Assembly (NCBI GenBank): GCA_013239625.1
Contig: MU054001.1
Span: 1-64,000, forward strand
Direction of reading: 5' to 3'
Source of the DNA: Lama guanicoe
Lineage: Eukaryota
DNA: 64,000 nucleotides
Shown here: positions 34,201 through 49,200 of the stretch, in pieces
How positions within the stretch are numbered: position 1 is the first letter of the stretch
Layout: every line of letters starts with the position of its first letter
Notes under the pieces: model-generated
Told to the model about the DNA's origin: nothing
Database searches by the model: none
Seen by the model: only the letters and a program-made list of their open reading frames with translations
Program-made: the position numbers and the translations under genes

Positions 34201-37200
34201 CTGTGGTGTGTTGGGACTATGGGGGGTGCATACTAGGAAGTACCCCTCCTAGTCCTATTTGACCCTGCCTTCCAGGATTATTGTAGGTTCAAACAGAGGA
34301 GGATGCCTTTAGGGATCGTGAGGGGAAGTGTTGAAATGCTGTCCCTGAGGTGGCCATGGGGGAGGAGGGCGGGAATAATCTCAGCTGTGATTTGAAGATT
34401 CTCAAGGCTCTAGGACCTCTGAGATTGTCTCTGCTTCCAGCCTCACTCCACTTCTTTGGACTCCACTCCAAATTCACCCCCTCTTCATTGTAATCTGTGT
34501 CTCTGGGTGGGACAGTGAGCTGGAGGAGGCTGCGCAGGGAGAGAGTCAGCAGGGTCTGGCTCTCCCTGTGGTTGATGCTGCTCCTCATGCCGACATCACA
34601 GACGGTAGCAGAGGCCAGGATTGGGGACTAGAAATAGGGCTGCAGTAGCTGGGGAGGGGGTAGTTTAGGGGGCCCATGGCACAGGGCAGGGGTAAGAACC
34701 CAGGACAGGGTATTGCTCTCCTTGACAAGAGGGGTCTGCAACACTCAGTGGAACCACAGATTCCAGACCATCAGAGCTCATGGAGACTGTCAGGTGCAAA
34801 TCAAATCGGCAATGGTCAGATAGAGAAGCTGCAGCCCAGTGAGGAAAGGATCTGTCCCAGGCTACGCAGAGCTGGGACCAGATTTTCTATCACCACCTGC
34901 ACTGAGAACCCTCCCCAACCCTGGCCCAAGGGTGGGTAGTCCCTGGGCACTGACCGTGGCCTCTTTTAGACGGTAGAAGTCGATGTGCAGATAGGCGTTG
35001 ATGCCGTTGGAGGCGCCGGGGAGCGTGACGCCGTGGACCAGGAGCACAAACAGCACGAGGTAAGGCAGCGTGGCGGTGATCCACACCACCTAGCAGGGGA
35101 CACACTCGTGGTGAGAGCCTCGCTCTGCTGCTGGTGGGGAGCTGGCAGGGCAGGGATGGGGTGGGGGTGCGGTGCTTTCTCCCAGGGAGCCAGTCACACC
35201 CTCCCCACACCTTCTTTTACACAGTGCATATGCTAAAAGCTCCATCTCTGGGCCAGACATGGGGCATCCCAGGACAGAGTGAGCAGACAAAGGCCACACT
35301 CTAGAGCAGTTCGGAACCAGGTGGAAGTCAGTGCACTGAGGGTGGCACTGCCGTGGAAGCAAAGGGCAGAGAGGACGAAGACTAGGTTCTCATAGCACCC
35401 AATGCCTCCTCCTCTACAAACGTCCTGTACAGACTCCTTCACGTTGGCCCAAGCAGAACTAAGCACACCCACCTTGAGGCCCTCCTCCCTCCCTCCCTCC
35501 TCTCTCCCTCTCATTTACCTTCATTCAAGTATCTCCTCCTAAGCTCACTGCCCAAGGAGGGATGTGGCTGAGCAGAAAAGAGAATCTCAGAATCTCTGTC
35601 CGCTCTTTATTTGGGAATGGATTTAGACCAAAGACAGACTGTCTTGTTCAGAAACCCATAAGGGGAGAGATTATCCCCAGACTGAAAAGAGACAGCAACC
35701 CACCTTGCCCAAGATGAAGAAACAGAAAAGAAAAGTCGGGGGAGGGAAAGACTGTGTGGGCTTCCTCACTGTTCCTTCTTACCCCAAACTCTACATTAGA
35801 CTACTCTGGGGGAAGTCCCAGATTAAAATGTCATGGTTCAGGTCCCATTCTTGGAGTTTTTGATTTAATTAGTCTAGGGTGAGCCCGCACTCCATGGTTT
35901 AAGAGCTCCCCCTGGGTGATGTAATGTGTAGTCAAGTTAAAAATCACTGCTCTAGGCAGATGCAGCCTCGGGCAGCTTTGCAGAAAGAAGACTGTGCCCC
36001 TAGCAAAAAAAAACAAACAAACAAAAAAAAAACCCACTCAGGGCCAGGGTAGCCAGACCCAAGTAAGTCTCAGCTGAAATACAAAAAGACAAATGTCAAA
36101 GACTAGACGGTCCCTCCTCCCCAAGCCCTGGCACTGGGTATCTCCTAGAACCTTCACATATCCTTAGAGAGAAAATGGAAGCCCTGAAACATGACTGAGG
36201 GTAAAGTTCTTTGCTAGCCTAGAAAGATATGGCCTCAACACAAAAACAGATGTAGCATATAAAGTCATGTTTTCCATATCTACACTGAAGGACTGTGGTT
36301 TATCCTCCCTGTCTGTCTTTCCCACTAGACCAGGAACTCCTTAGACGCAAAATCTCCATATTTTTCAAACTTATATCCCCAGCCCAGGGCACACATGGGT
36401 GCTTAAAATATGTTTGTTAGATGGATGGATGAATGACAGGATAGTTGTACAGATGAATGATTAAACTGATGGGTAGATGGATGAATGGATGGATGGATGG
36501 ATGGATGATTGGATGTATAACTGGGTAGATGATTAAATGGATAGATGGATGGTTAGCTGAGTCAGTGGTTGAGTGGATGGATGGATAGATGGATCGGTGA
36601 ATCCGTGATAAATCAGAGGGTTAATGGAGGACTAAATAAATAATGAATGAAAGAATAAGTAAGTGAATGAATGAGCAAATGAGTTCAAGAATAATTCAGT
36701 GCATCAATGTTGGTCATGCCTTCCGAGGGAATCAGAAGAGGAATCAAGCTCTTCTGTTTTGTTATCCAGCTTGAATGCCATTGCTCCCTTATTCTACGGG
36801 GGTGGGGGGGGTCTTTGTGGGTATAGGCTTTAGGCTTCTGTTTTCTTTCAGGAGCACAGGAAGAGGGAGGACAAATTGCCAAAAACAAAAAAAGATGGAA
36901 ACATGCCTTAGAAAGTGAAGCCACTGCATCTGGATGGCCTCATAATCCTGGACTGATTCTCCCAAACTGAGACAAATGAGTCCGGCTTCTTGGTGACAGG
37001 CACAAGGAAGAGCCCTCACTATCCTTGTGTTGGTTCCTAAGTGCTGTGCCCCCTACGACTCACGTCAGCAGATGCAGGCCCACTGCCCAGCCCAGCAGGC
37101 CTGGTGAGACCACACTCCACTCATCAAAAAACAGCATCCTCAGGTCTGACTCTACGGAATCTGCCACGGGGTCCAGAGGCAGCCCTCATCTGCCACGTCT

Positions 37201-40200
37201 GAGGCTCCAACGTGGAGCCCATTTCCCCAGGGAACACATCAGGACATGACTGAGCTGTCTCTGCAGTCAAGCATCAGGAAAGGGGATTCTGTTTTGTCCG
37301 TGCACACGTGTTCAAAGCTAAACCATCTGAGTCCTGCTGAAATTTCTCAGAACTCATGGCAGAAGGGAGTTCAGCTGCCTAAAATCTTCTGCAGAAAGGG
37401 AGGCTCCTGGATCCTTGGCCAACAGCTTGCTTCTGCTAACATGTACCCAGTATGCATACTGGGCAAAGAGAAGGGACACATGGGCACTGTCATCTCCACC
37501 CCAGGCTGCTCTGCTCTCAAAATTTCAACTTGCAGTGCAGCTCTGGCCATAAGAAGCCAAACTTGGTCTGTCTCTGAGCATCAGATGAAGAGAGCAATGA
37601 GCAGCCCAACGTTTGGGCAAGTGTCCTCAGTCCCTAGGGGAGGCCTCTGCTTCCCATCACCTCAAATTCGACTTCTTATCCACCTTGTGTTTCTATGGAT
37701 AAGGGTTAGAATGTGTGTGTTTCTAGAGCCAAACTCAAACCAATGGCTGATAGTCACAATGAGGAAGATCTTGGCTCCAAAAAGGGAAAACTTTCTCATC
37801 AAACAGAGCTCTAAAGAGAGAATGAGCTTCCCAGAGAGGTGGTGAGGTCTCAGTCACTGGAGGTGTACAAATCTTGCTAGGAATCCAGGCATTAGGCAAT
37901 TGCCAAGATCAAAGTGAGGCCCATGGCCCAGCAGCAGCAGCAGCATCACCTAACAGCCTGTCAGAAATGCAAATTCTCACCCCACCTCCAAGGAATCAGA
38001 TTCTCAAGGAAGGATCCAGGAATCTGAGTTTTAACAAGCCCTCCATGTGATTCTTATGTGCATTAAAGGTTGAGAAGCACTGCTCGGGGTCACCTCTAAG
38101 GTTCACTCTAACATAGAGATCATAAATGCCCACACTTCATCACTACAAAGCTGTGTTCATTTAGCTTTTAATGATTTAAAATTTGTGATCCTCTGAATTG
38201 GGTTTTAGGGACATTTGCTCAAATAATGAAGACGTACGTACTAAGATGTACGGGGGTGAGGGATATGCACTGAAGTTAGTTAAGAAAACACTGAGCTGTA
38301 AATATTTTAGTAAATTCATTGCTCCCATGCAAATGATGCTGTACACTGTACCTGGGCTTGGCTGGGTCACTAAAGCAAGCCAGGACCAGCCTGTATCGAC
38401 ACAGTGGGAAGACGTGGCTAGAATTATGACTTGAACACAAAAGTAACCAAATGACCTTTCTATTGAAATATCTAGAACTCAAGTTTTCTTTGAATAGGTC
38501 TGTCTTTCTCTCTCCCCAACCCCAACACCACTGCCAGAATTCGAGAAGTACTCTGTCTTTTCCCATCCCCCAAACAGCCTGGCAGTGAAGTGGGCAGAGT
38601 GGTGGCCGACCCTGGCCAGTTCTGTTGTCTGGGTTTCTCTCCAGGCATAGGGGAGTCCAAGGTTTCTGAAAGTTTAGTCCAATATGTAGACAGAGCAGAT
38701 GGAAGCCTGGGCCTCACCATCCTCCCAGCCCCTCAGGAAGTCAGCAGAGTTCGGAAACCACTGAGGTAGGGACAGAGCCCTGGAAGTGGAGCTGATGCAG
38801 GGGACAAAGACAGATGAGGACCATTTATTGAGCAATTTCCATCTGCTAGCTCTGCACTGAGGACCTCTTACTCCCTCCTCCCAACTGCCCGGAAGGCTGT
38901 CATGATCTTTAACTGCCCTCCCTCTGCTGGTGAGGACGCTGAAGTTTAGGGAGCATCATTAATCCTGAGGTCACCCAGCAGGGAATGATAGATCCTGGAC
39001 TCCATCCACGTGGGCTGACCACAAAGCCATGGTCCTAATCACTTACATTAGTATATACTTGAGACCCAGGTTCCAGTCCGAACCTTGCCAAGACGGCTGT
39101 GAAACCCGGCCCCTCTCCTGGCCTCAGCTTCCCCATCTGTACAAGCAGGCTGGAGTAGAGGGCCTTGGAGTGCCTTCCAATTCACATTTAGGTGCTCAGT
39201 TATGGGCCCGTAGTTGCTAAGCGCCAGCTCAGCCAAGGACTCACGAGACAGAGGAGGCAGGCAGGACTGCAGGCTGGCGAGCGGCCCTGGGTGCACGCTT
39301 GCCCAGCTTCCCGGGAGCTGACTGACTCCTGACTGACTCAGACCTCCGCCCTCTCCCCTGAGGTGGTCAGCGGGCCAGGTCCCAGAATGTGTGGTCTGCC
39401 GTAACCCCTTTCCCTGATTCAGACTCCACCCCACCCCCACACCCCCAGCTGCCAGCTGTGGAGTCACTCATCCTCCAAGCACAGAGCCTTCACTTGCCAA
39501 GACAGGAAGTGTGAATATTTGCAATTCATTTCAGGCCGGCTTTGTGGCTGTGGAAGTCTGCTAAGAAAAGCTCTGTGTCCCGTTCCAGATGGAGTCTGGG
39601 GAGAAATAAGCAACATTCTCGGTTTTCTCATGAGCCAGTGCATAAAAACAATTAAAGACAGGGCACAGCCATGTCCTGAGTGGAGCTCCCTATTCTAGAA
39701 AGCCCTGCCCCATGGGCAACAGGGCCCCTCGCCTGCTCAGCTGCCAGAACACTGGAGGACTTAGGCAAAATGTGGGCAGGACTTCATTGGTTGGCGTGTT
39801 TCTATCTCAGGGAGCAACACTCCTGTCCTGCCCCTTATTACATTCTTCGGCGGTGGGGGAGGGGATGAGTCCTCCTCCCCGGAAGGTGCCTTTGCTCAAA
39901 GAAACGGAGCATGCGCAGCTCCACTCCTTCTCTTCAGCATCAGTCTCTGCAGACAACTCAAGTGCTGCTCCGCCAAGTGCTATACTGGGTGGCGCAGGCT
40001 GCACCCCTTTTGGCAATGGCTATGGGAAACTTAATTTTGGGATGCAGTATTAGAAGCCTGTGGCGGCCCCACACCCCGGCCGGGAGCAGTCGTAAAACAC
40101 ATTCACCTTCTGCAGTTCTGCTGCCTGCAGAGGCCAGGAGCACCCTGCTCCGGATACCCAGGAGAGGCGCGGAGAGGCTGGACAAGGCTGGCCTGGGGCT

Positions 40201-43200
40201 TCTGCACCTCTGTGGCTTTGCATCTTTCCACTGAAAACCCCTTCCCTCTGCCCCATCACTACCTGCCCCTGTCCTTAGAAACCCAGCCCGAATGCTGCCT
40301 CCACCACGGTCTCTGCTGACCCTCTCAGTCTGAAGCGCTTGCTTCTTCCACTAATGCAGCATCTCATGCTTTTTTTGGCCATGACAACTCATGGTAAGGA
40401 AAAACTGATATACTGAGACATATGGATCGCTGCAAATGAAACAGAAATTCCACAAGACAGCTCTTCCTTTGCTCTATGCAGTGTAATCCGTTACTATTTA
40501 GACTATTTCATTTAAAAAAAATTGTGGCTGCCCCCTAAGTTGATTTAATGGCAATTGGAAAATCCAGTTTGTATCTCAAAGTGCAACCTGACTACCTGAT
40601 GTAAAATTATCTTTAAGGTAATGTTAAGTTTAAAAAAAGCAAGATATGTAATAATGTGTATAGTTTGGGACCATTAGCCTTTATTTAGAAGGAGGCGCAT
40701 ATATGTCTCTGGATAGGGACTCAGGAAACGACACTGGGTGGCCTGCCTGTCTGTAACACACACAAAACCATAAGCAACTGAATCTGTCTTGTTTGGAGGA
40801 GATTTGTCCAAGGTCTCCAGCCAGCCGGTGGCAGGGCTGGACTGCAAACCCAGGCTTTATACTCCAACCCATCTTTTCTTTTCACCAACTACCTGGTTAT
40901 AGGTAGAAAAAAGAATTTTTTTTTGAGGCCAACTTCTCAACCAGAAGAGAAACCAAGATGTTACCTTTCCTGATGTCTTCACTCCTTTCCAGAGGCTAAA
41001 ATACAGGACGACGACCACCACAATCAGACAGAGCAAGAGCTGCCACTGCGGCAGGCCGATGTCGTGAATCCCACTGCTCTCATGCAGATGCAAGACTCCT
41101 CGCCTGCCCGGAAGAGAGGGGAAGGGACGGGGGAAGACAGTGTTGTCAGGGAGGATGACCAAGGCTTGGACCACAGGCCAGTCCCCAAAAGTGCACATAG
41201 ATGGAGAAGGGCCCCGGGCTGCTCCTGCCTCTGGCCTGATCATTTGGGCTTGTGCTTGGCACCAACTGGCCCTGGACCAGCAACTCACCGGGGGAGATGC
41301 CCCCACCCAAGGCTGCTTTTTAAACCGTAACAGAAGTGTTCAAAGTAACAAAAATCTCTAGAGTGCCACCTGCATGCCTGGTCTGGGGGAGATGGTGGTA
41401 AATAAACAGAGGAAAGATTTCTCCCCACTATCACAGTCTTTCTGCCTCCAGTTTCCCCCTTAAATCCAGTCTGTGCTGCTGAAATTTTGTTCTAACCTTG
41501 TCACTCTCTTGCTCCCAAATCCTCAGAGGCTCCTTATCACCTGAAACAGTGGTTCTCATGGAGGAGGCAGTTTTGCCCTTGCCTTGCCCACACATTTGGC
41601 GACACCTGGAGACATCTTTGGCTGTCACATCTGGAGAGCAGGGGTGGCCACTGGTATCTAGCGGGCAGAGACCTGGGATGTGGCTATACATCCAAAATGT
41701 ACTGGATGGCCCTCCCCCTGTAGCCCAGAGTTATCCAGCCCAAACCGTCTCAAGCGTCGAGGTTGTGAAACCCTGATCTGGAGGATGAAAACGTAAGCCT
41801 TTAAGAATCTGAGGCCTTTCACAACTGTCCTGTGCCAAGTGCACCCTGCCTTTGGCTCCTGGCGATGGCCAGCCACTTGTCATTCCCCAGCTACAGGAAG
41901 CTCTCATTGCTCTGGGATTGGACACGTCTATTCCTTTCTGCCTAGAACACACTTCCTGGCCCAATTTGTCTGCCTGGCAAACTTCTCTCCCTGCTTATCT
42001 TTTTTTTTTTTTCAATAGAAGTACAATCAGTTACAATGTGTCAGTTTCTGGTGTACAGCACAATGTCCCAATCATGCAAATACATACATATATTCGTTTT
42101 CATATTCCTCCCTGCTAATCTTAATTCAAAAATGGTGCCCCTCTCCTGTGCTGAGAAGGAGGAGGGGAGGAGAGAGACAGAGAGAGTCAGAGAGAGAGAA
42201 AGAAGGAGGAGAAGGAGGAGGAGGGAAAGAAGAAGGGGAGGGGGGAGAAAAGTATAAAGAAGAGGGTAGGGAGAGGGAACAGCAGCCGGGAGAGGAGGGG
42301 AAAGGAAGGGAAGGGAAGAAGAGAGGGCAGCACATCTAAAGACAGAGAACCAGAATCATCTGACTCTTAAATTAGTCCTGCCTCTTCCCACTGTTTTATG
42401 GACCAAGTATTTAATCAATAACCATTTGGCCAATTTGACTGTTAGAATCATGAAAAAAAAAAAAAGGCACTGAACCAACTATGCTTGCCCTGAAACTTGC
42501 TAAAATGACTCTAGCGTCCAATCAGATGACCGAGATGCCTCCTGATGGGCCCAGGTACCCCCACGTGTGTGTGAAGCCCACTTTCAGGGCTGCACTGGTT
42601 GTCTAGATATTTCATCAGTGAAAAAGTCAGCCTCCAGAGCCAATTCCTGAGGAAAGGAATGCCAGCCCAGCCGCCTCCCCGCCAGCAGGCCCAAGCCTTG
42701 GGGGTGAGTACAAGTAACTTGGGTTTACTGTAGTTTTCCAGCAGTTTAATGAAAATGAATCATCGTGAAGTACGCGGCCCAGGCTTTCCGAAGCCTATGA
42801 GCCAAACGGGCTCAGATCTCGCTTGACGTTTAAGCCCAGAGGGTTAGTGCTTGTTCCCCCCAGGAACGGGCAGGGAGTAGAAGTTTTCCATCTCCCGGTG
42901 CGTGTTCACCGAGGGTACCTTTTTACAGATAAAGGTACAGAGCATCACAGCTGTTTTAGCCACCGGCTGCTTGGCTTCAGGCCCGAAGCCTTGGGAGAAT
43001 CAGTTTTGTTACACTGAATGATATGGTCAATCCATCAGCTTAAATGAATACAAGGTGGCAAGAGAATTGGCCAGCAGGCTCTGAGAAAAGCAAAAACAAT
43101 GACCTAACCTCCTCAGGGTTGGCACTGGGAGTCCTATTCGCTGGGTCCCCAGACTGTGAGGGGGTAACTGTTTTAAAGCAGAAACATTTAGCTAAAAGGG

Positions 43201-46200
43201 CCATTAAAAAAAATCCAGAGGTGGCTTATGATTTAGAGACTTAGAAGCACACAAAAGCTGCCTCCAGGTGAGAAAGAAATGCAGAAGGACTCCCATCTAC
43301 CCGCAGAGACTTCTGCGGATGGAGGATGGAGGAGAAGACAGAGGAGAGGCCCGTGGATGGGCTGAGAGCCTTGACTCAGACCGCCTGGGTTCAGATCCCA
43401 GCTCTGCCCTTGCCTAAAACCTGAACCACTACATTCTTATCTGTGTAACAGGAGCCATTCCCACCTCCATGAACCATGAAGACTAAATGGGACTTGGATA
43501 TGAGGAGATGCTCAGTACATGGCTCGTGGAAGCTATGAAGCTTGGGGTGGAGGTGGGGTACTTAAAAGGATGGAGGAAGGGCGGGGGAGGGGAGAGGAGC
43601 TCTGTAGAGCAGGAAGCCGCTGAAATAAGCCCTGGATTGTGCTCCCCATTACGTCCCCCAAGCCCCCTTAGCCCCACACACGAGAATGTCATCTTCCACC
43701 ATACTCTGCTTACAGCCAAGCCTGGAGGAAGTTTAAGGCTGTAATTAAAGCAACCTGGGTCTCAAAACCCAGCTCACTTCTCCCTCCTGCTGAGGCAGAC
43801 CTGCTGGCCATGAAGACGTCAGAGGAGGAATCAAATAATAACTAGACTAGAGACGAGGCTATCACTTTCCATTTTAATTTATAAGGAAAAGGGTTGCCAA
43901 GGGCAAAAAGAAAAATTGTGTTTTTCCCTTTATCATGAGACGATAAGGGAGAAAGCATGGAACCAATTGCACGTATCAGCAGCACCCTGCTCTGCACTCT
44001 CCTTCACCATCTCCCGGTCCAAACCACACTCATAAACTAGGGAGGCCTAAAACCTCCATTGTGAGCTCCTCACCAGTTCTGGGATTTTCTGAGGCCAGGT
44101 TCCCCAGGAGAAGAATAAAGGAAGCCCTAGATTTTCCATGACAGAGTACTGTAGGGATGTCAGCCCGACCCGGGGAAGAATTTCATTCTGCCTGAGACAG
44201 GGGAGTACAGAGGCTAAGACAGAAGTTTTCAACCTTGGCTGAATACTTGAACCATCAGAGTTAAAAAAAAAAATTCCCCTGGCTGCACCCAGACCAATGA
44301 AATCAGAATCCCTGGGCACAGGATCCAGGCATCAGTGTGTTTTAAAGCTCTCCGAGAGGTTCCGATGAGCAGCCAATTGTTTAGAATCAGTGGGCTAAGA
44401 GCTTAGACACTGGAGCCAGATTTTTTGGGTTCAAACTCACTTTAAATGCCACTTCCAAATGCACGGCTGGGACATACGCTAAGCTGGATAAATGTCAGTT
44501 GTGACTACGACAATATTTCGGAATAGTTATGACCATTTATAATGGTTAGAATCCAATATAACACAGAGGTTAAGACTGCAGGCTCTGGAGTTTCACTGCC
44601 TGGCAAGGCAGGAGCCAGGGTGAGGAAAGCTCTCAGGGGACAAAGGGCAAGGCGCGCTCACTCTCAGAGTCCCGCAGGTGTAAACTGCTAGAGTCCAAAT
44701 CTTGGCTCTGTTCGGTCCTAGCCATGCAGCCGTGGGCCAGGGATTTGCTGTCGTATCTGCAAAATGAAGCTAATATTTTCAGCCTCGTCACGTATGCAAT
44801 GAAGGTAAGACTTACAGAAGCCTCATTGGGTTGGTGTGAGGTTTACACTGAAATACCACACACAGAGAAGTTAGCAGAAAGCCAGGCGCACGTGGTAGGT
44901 AAGTGATCAGCTGCTGATGTGACAGTGAGGAAGACAGGGGTGGTGCTGTTCCTTAAACAGAAGCTTGCTTTAAGTAACAACAGTCTTTCAGATCCTTCGG
45001 GGACAGTAGAGGGATTTCTAATTCCATGACAGTTGTAGACCCTCTCTCCTCCTCCCAAATTCCCAAATCTATGTCACTGTGCGCGTGCCTGCTGGAAGTC
45101 CACGGGATACACAGATGGAAGCAGGCGGACAGGCAGGTCCAAGCCGCTTAGCAAATTCGCCTGCCGTGGCTCACTGAGGGTGCTTCCTGGGTCCTGAGAA
45201 CCCTGAGTCCCTGAGCCCCAGGGGGAGGCAACAGACTTTCCAGAGGCCACATTTAATCATACCAAATCTCCGTGGTCCCGCTGCACTGAGATGGTAGGGT
45301 GGCAATGGACCCAAGGAACCTCATTCTTTGAGTAATCAGGACTCAGGACTCATTCCCAGGGTTTAGGGGATACACAGAACCAAAGAAGACTGGCCCTAAA
45401 GTTTTGTTGTTAGTGAATCTGTCTTTTTATCCTCTAGACCTGCGCCATCCTGTATGGTAGCCACTGGCCACATGTGGCTATTTACATATAAATTAATGAA
45501 AATTAAATAAAACTAAAAATTCAACTTCTCAGTCACATTAGCCATATTTCAGCTGCTCAGTAACCACACACTAGGCTGTGCAGGTATGGAACGTTCCTAC
45601 CGTTGTGGAGAGTTTCCCTGGGCAGCGCTGCCCTAGACCAGGAGTCAGCAGACCAAGGCCCCCAGGCCAGATCTGGCTGTGGCCCGTTTAGTTATGGCCT
45701 GTGAGCTGAGGATTTTTTTTTTATCTTTTTACAGGGTAAAATTAAACAAAGAGTCTGCAAGAGACATATGCAGCCCACAAGGCCCCAAATATTTTCCTAT
45801 CTAATCTTTTGCTGGAAAGTTTTCCAACCGCTCCTCTAGACCATGCGGACCGTGAGAGTGTGGTTCAAGTGGGATTACCTGTCCTGCCCCACAGCTTGTA
45901 ACAGGGACTTTCTGTTATCTGCTGACACTTGTGTAGGGATTGCTAAAATGCAACCACCCCACCTGAGGGCTAAAGACAAGAGATGCTACATCTTGGAAGG
46001 GGAGGGTATAGCTCAGTGGTAGGGGGCATACCTAGTATGCATGAGGTCCTGGGTTCAATCCCCAGTACTACCATTAGAAAAATAAATAATGACACACACA
46101 CACACACACCCCACACACAAAAGATGCTACGTTCTGAAGAGACCACCATACAAACACTTGAAATTAGGTGGCTGGAAATAAGTTGACTATCAGCAACCTG

Positions 46201-49200
46201 AAGGACATAAAAGGATGGAGTAGAGACTGAGAGGATACAAGGCAGCAAAATAAATAGTGACAGTTATGAGTTAAAAACCACAGAAGAAAATAAATACCCA
46301 TGAGCCCATACTGATATCAATGAATAAGTGAGTAAATGAACAGATGAATAAATAGGAGAAAAGGGACAAATTTTCCTTTCATTTTGGGGGAATGATGGGA
46401 CTAGAAATCACACTTAGACCAACACTATAGTAATAATCCTTGTTTGCAAGAATCATTGAAGGATGCTAAGAATTGTGGGCAAAGTATGATGAGAAACAAG
46501 ATATTTACATAATCTCAAAGTAACTCCCCAGAAGACACTTACTAATTATGAAGAGAATAATGCCACCTCTGCACGGGAGGAAGCTGACAGATAGCACTTT
46601 AGCTGAGTGATCAAGGTCAACACTCCTAGTAATAGGAGCCTGGCATCAGGTACCCCCTGATATGACGCACCGAGAGAGGACACAACATCACCTCCAAGTT
46701 ACTCTTGCCAAAAATATCTAACCTCAGTCTAACCTGGAGAAAACAATGACCAATCCACGCCGAGGGCTAGTTTACAGAATAACTGGCTGGTGCACTTCAA
46801 AAAAGTGTCAAGGGCGTGACACTCAAGAAAAGACCGAAGAACTCTCACAGATTGGAGGAGACTCAGGAGATGTGACAACTAAATGCCACATGGGGACTCT
46901 AGGCTGGATCCTGGACCAGCATAGGACATTAGTGGGAAAACTGGTGAATTTAAAACAAGTCTTTAGCAGGTGGGTTAACAGCATAACAATGTTAATTTTC
47001 TGGTTTCAGTCCTTGCACTGTGGGTGCATAAGGTGTCACCATTAGGGGAAGCTGGGAGAAGGGTCTTCAGGGCTCTCTGGACTACAACTGCAACCTTTTT
47101 CTACATCTAAAATGATCGCAACATAAAAAGGTTCTTTTTTTTTTTTAAGATATTCTGTCTTCTACCACCAGTCAGTGCCTCTCAGGCACACATAGTCCAG
47201 ATAATTTCTCTGAGCTGTAATAGCCGGGCTGTGTCCACTTTCTAATTTGTACTCACAAACTCTAGCTACTTATGCCCATGGAAGCCCCAGAGAGACAGCA
47301 GCACAGGGTGGACCAGATGACAGCTTGAGGATCAGACTGACTTGGGTTCAGGCTGCAGCTCCATCACCTGCCACCTGGGCCCCTAGATGTTCCCGTGGCT
47401 GACTTCATCAGTTCTTGTGATGCCTCCTCATAGAAGCCCTCCCTGACTACCTGAGCTAAAGCTCCTTTTCCCTCCACAATCACTGTGTACCACATGCCTG
47501 GTTTTAGTTCCTTAAGAGCACTTACACTTCCTAAAATGTGTTTTCTTCCCCAAAGGGCATGTTCACTCTGCATAATCTTCTTGCTTCCTTAATTTTCTGC
47601 TAGTGTATTGACTCCCCACCCCCACTCTGTGCCAGAACACAAGCTCCTCCAGCTTGTCCACAGCTGTACCCTCAGCTCCTAACCAGGGTCAGGCCTGCGG
47701 TGGTGGCTCAGTACACATTACACACAACGACCAGTATGACCCTCTCTTCTCTTGTGGTTTTCCTTAGCATTTGGTTCAGGTCCTGCCCAGCATGGGTCTC
47801 TGTGTGCCTGTATGAATGGGACAAGAGGTTGATGACTTACTCATAAAACTCTGCTGCCGGTGTGAACTTGTACTTGGAGTACTTGGTGTGGTTGCCCAGC
47901 ACGGAGCTGTTGAGGAGCTTGGGGTCGGTGCAGTTGGGGCTGTTCCAGGCGTGGCCACAGTCCGTCCAGGGCAGGTTGAGGGTGAAGGAGGAGAAGAGGT
48001 AGTAGAGTGACCAGGCGATGATGACATTGTAGTAGAAGCCAACGTACAGGGCGATGAGGATCACAGCGTAGCCAACTCCTGGGCGGGGAGGCAGAGGGGG
48101 TCAGGTAGGGGCTTCCCCAGGCCCACCCCAGAGCCACCTCTCATGGGCAGCTGGCTCCAACTTCTGCACTACCCCATCCCCACAACTCTCTTTTTCTGCA
48201 GCAGATTGTCATAGCCTCATCTATTTCCCTTAGGCACCCACCACCCCTTTGCCTGAGGGCTCCCTCTTGCCACTGGAGCCCCTTCTGCCCACTCATCAGG
48301 CAGGGCAGAAGTGCCGGGACCTTAAAGTCCAGGGAGCAGCCGGGTCAGGTGTTGGAGTATAAACATCCCAGCTGCCCCGCCCCTTGGGTAGGATAACACT
48401 GAGATATGATAACATTCTCTCCCAGTGGGATTAAGCCCTTCGCCCATGGTGGAACTGGCTTACTGGCTGCCTCCCCTTTCCTATTTCCTACTGATGCTTC
48501 CTGGGATCACCTCCCAAAATAACTCCTTACACTGAAATCCTTGTCTCAGGACCTGCTTCTGAAGGACCCAGATAAGCACCCCCTGATCAGAGGTGTGTTC
48601 TTTGGGTCTTGCTTCGTGTGCCAAGCTCACCTTCCTGAATGTATCAGAAGCCCCTTTAGAGCTAGTTTTATAGCTTTTGACTATAATAGACATATTTGGT
48701 TTTTTGCCTGCACAGCTTTACTAAAGGAAGTAGTCTTAAGCAATTCTTAGCATGTGAGATTTGGGTGAGGCTAATCCTTCCTTAATCTAGATGTAGGCAC
48801 CTGACTGAGGTCTGATCAGTCAGAGTTCTGCTTTCTCACAGCCACAGTGATTGGCTGATAGTCGGGCATATGACTCAAGTCAAGCCAATGGGAGTCTTCT
48901 CTGTGACTTTTATTAAGCTATAAAGATATATAAGGTGCTTTTGTTTTTCTCATTATTAAGCTTGGAAATTTTAATTCTTGTTGTTGGTGATGGCCACCTC
49001 TGCTAGCACTTGAGGAGAATGTGGCTGAGACAAATGTTAACACAGAAGAAAAGAGACTTGAAGTAGAGAGAGATTCCGAATAACATTATTCAAGCACTTG
49101 AATCAAGTTGTACCTGAAGCCAAAGAAATTCCTGGATTTTACTATAACATAAGCCAACAAAAATTCTCATTTATATTAAAGCCAGCTTGAGTGGTATTTC

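Noticed and set aside
37246..37845. 199-aa intronic ORF and other 60-200 aa ORFs in the track
   Set aside because: No recognisable homology or splice context; expected by chance in 64 kb
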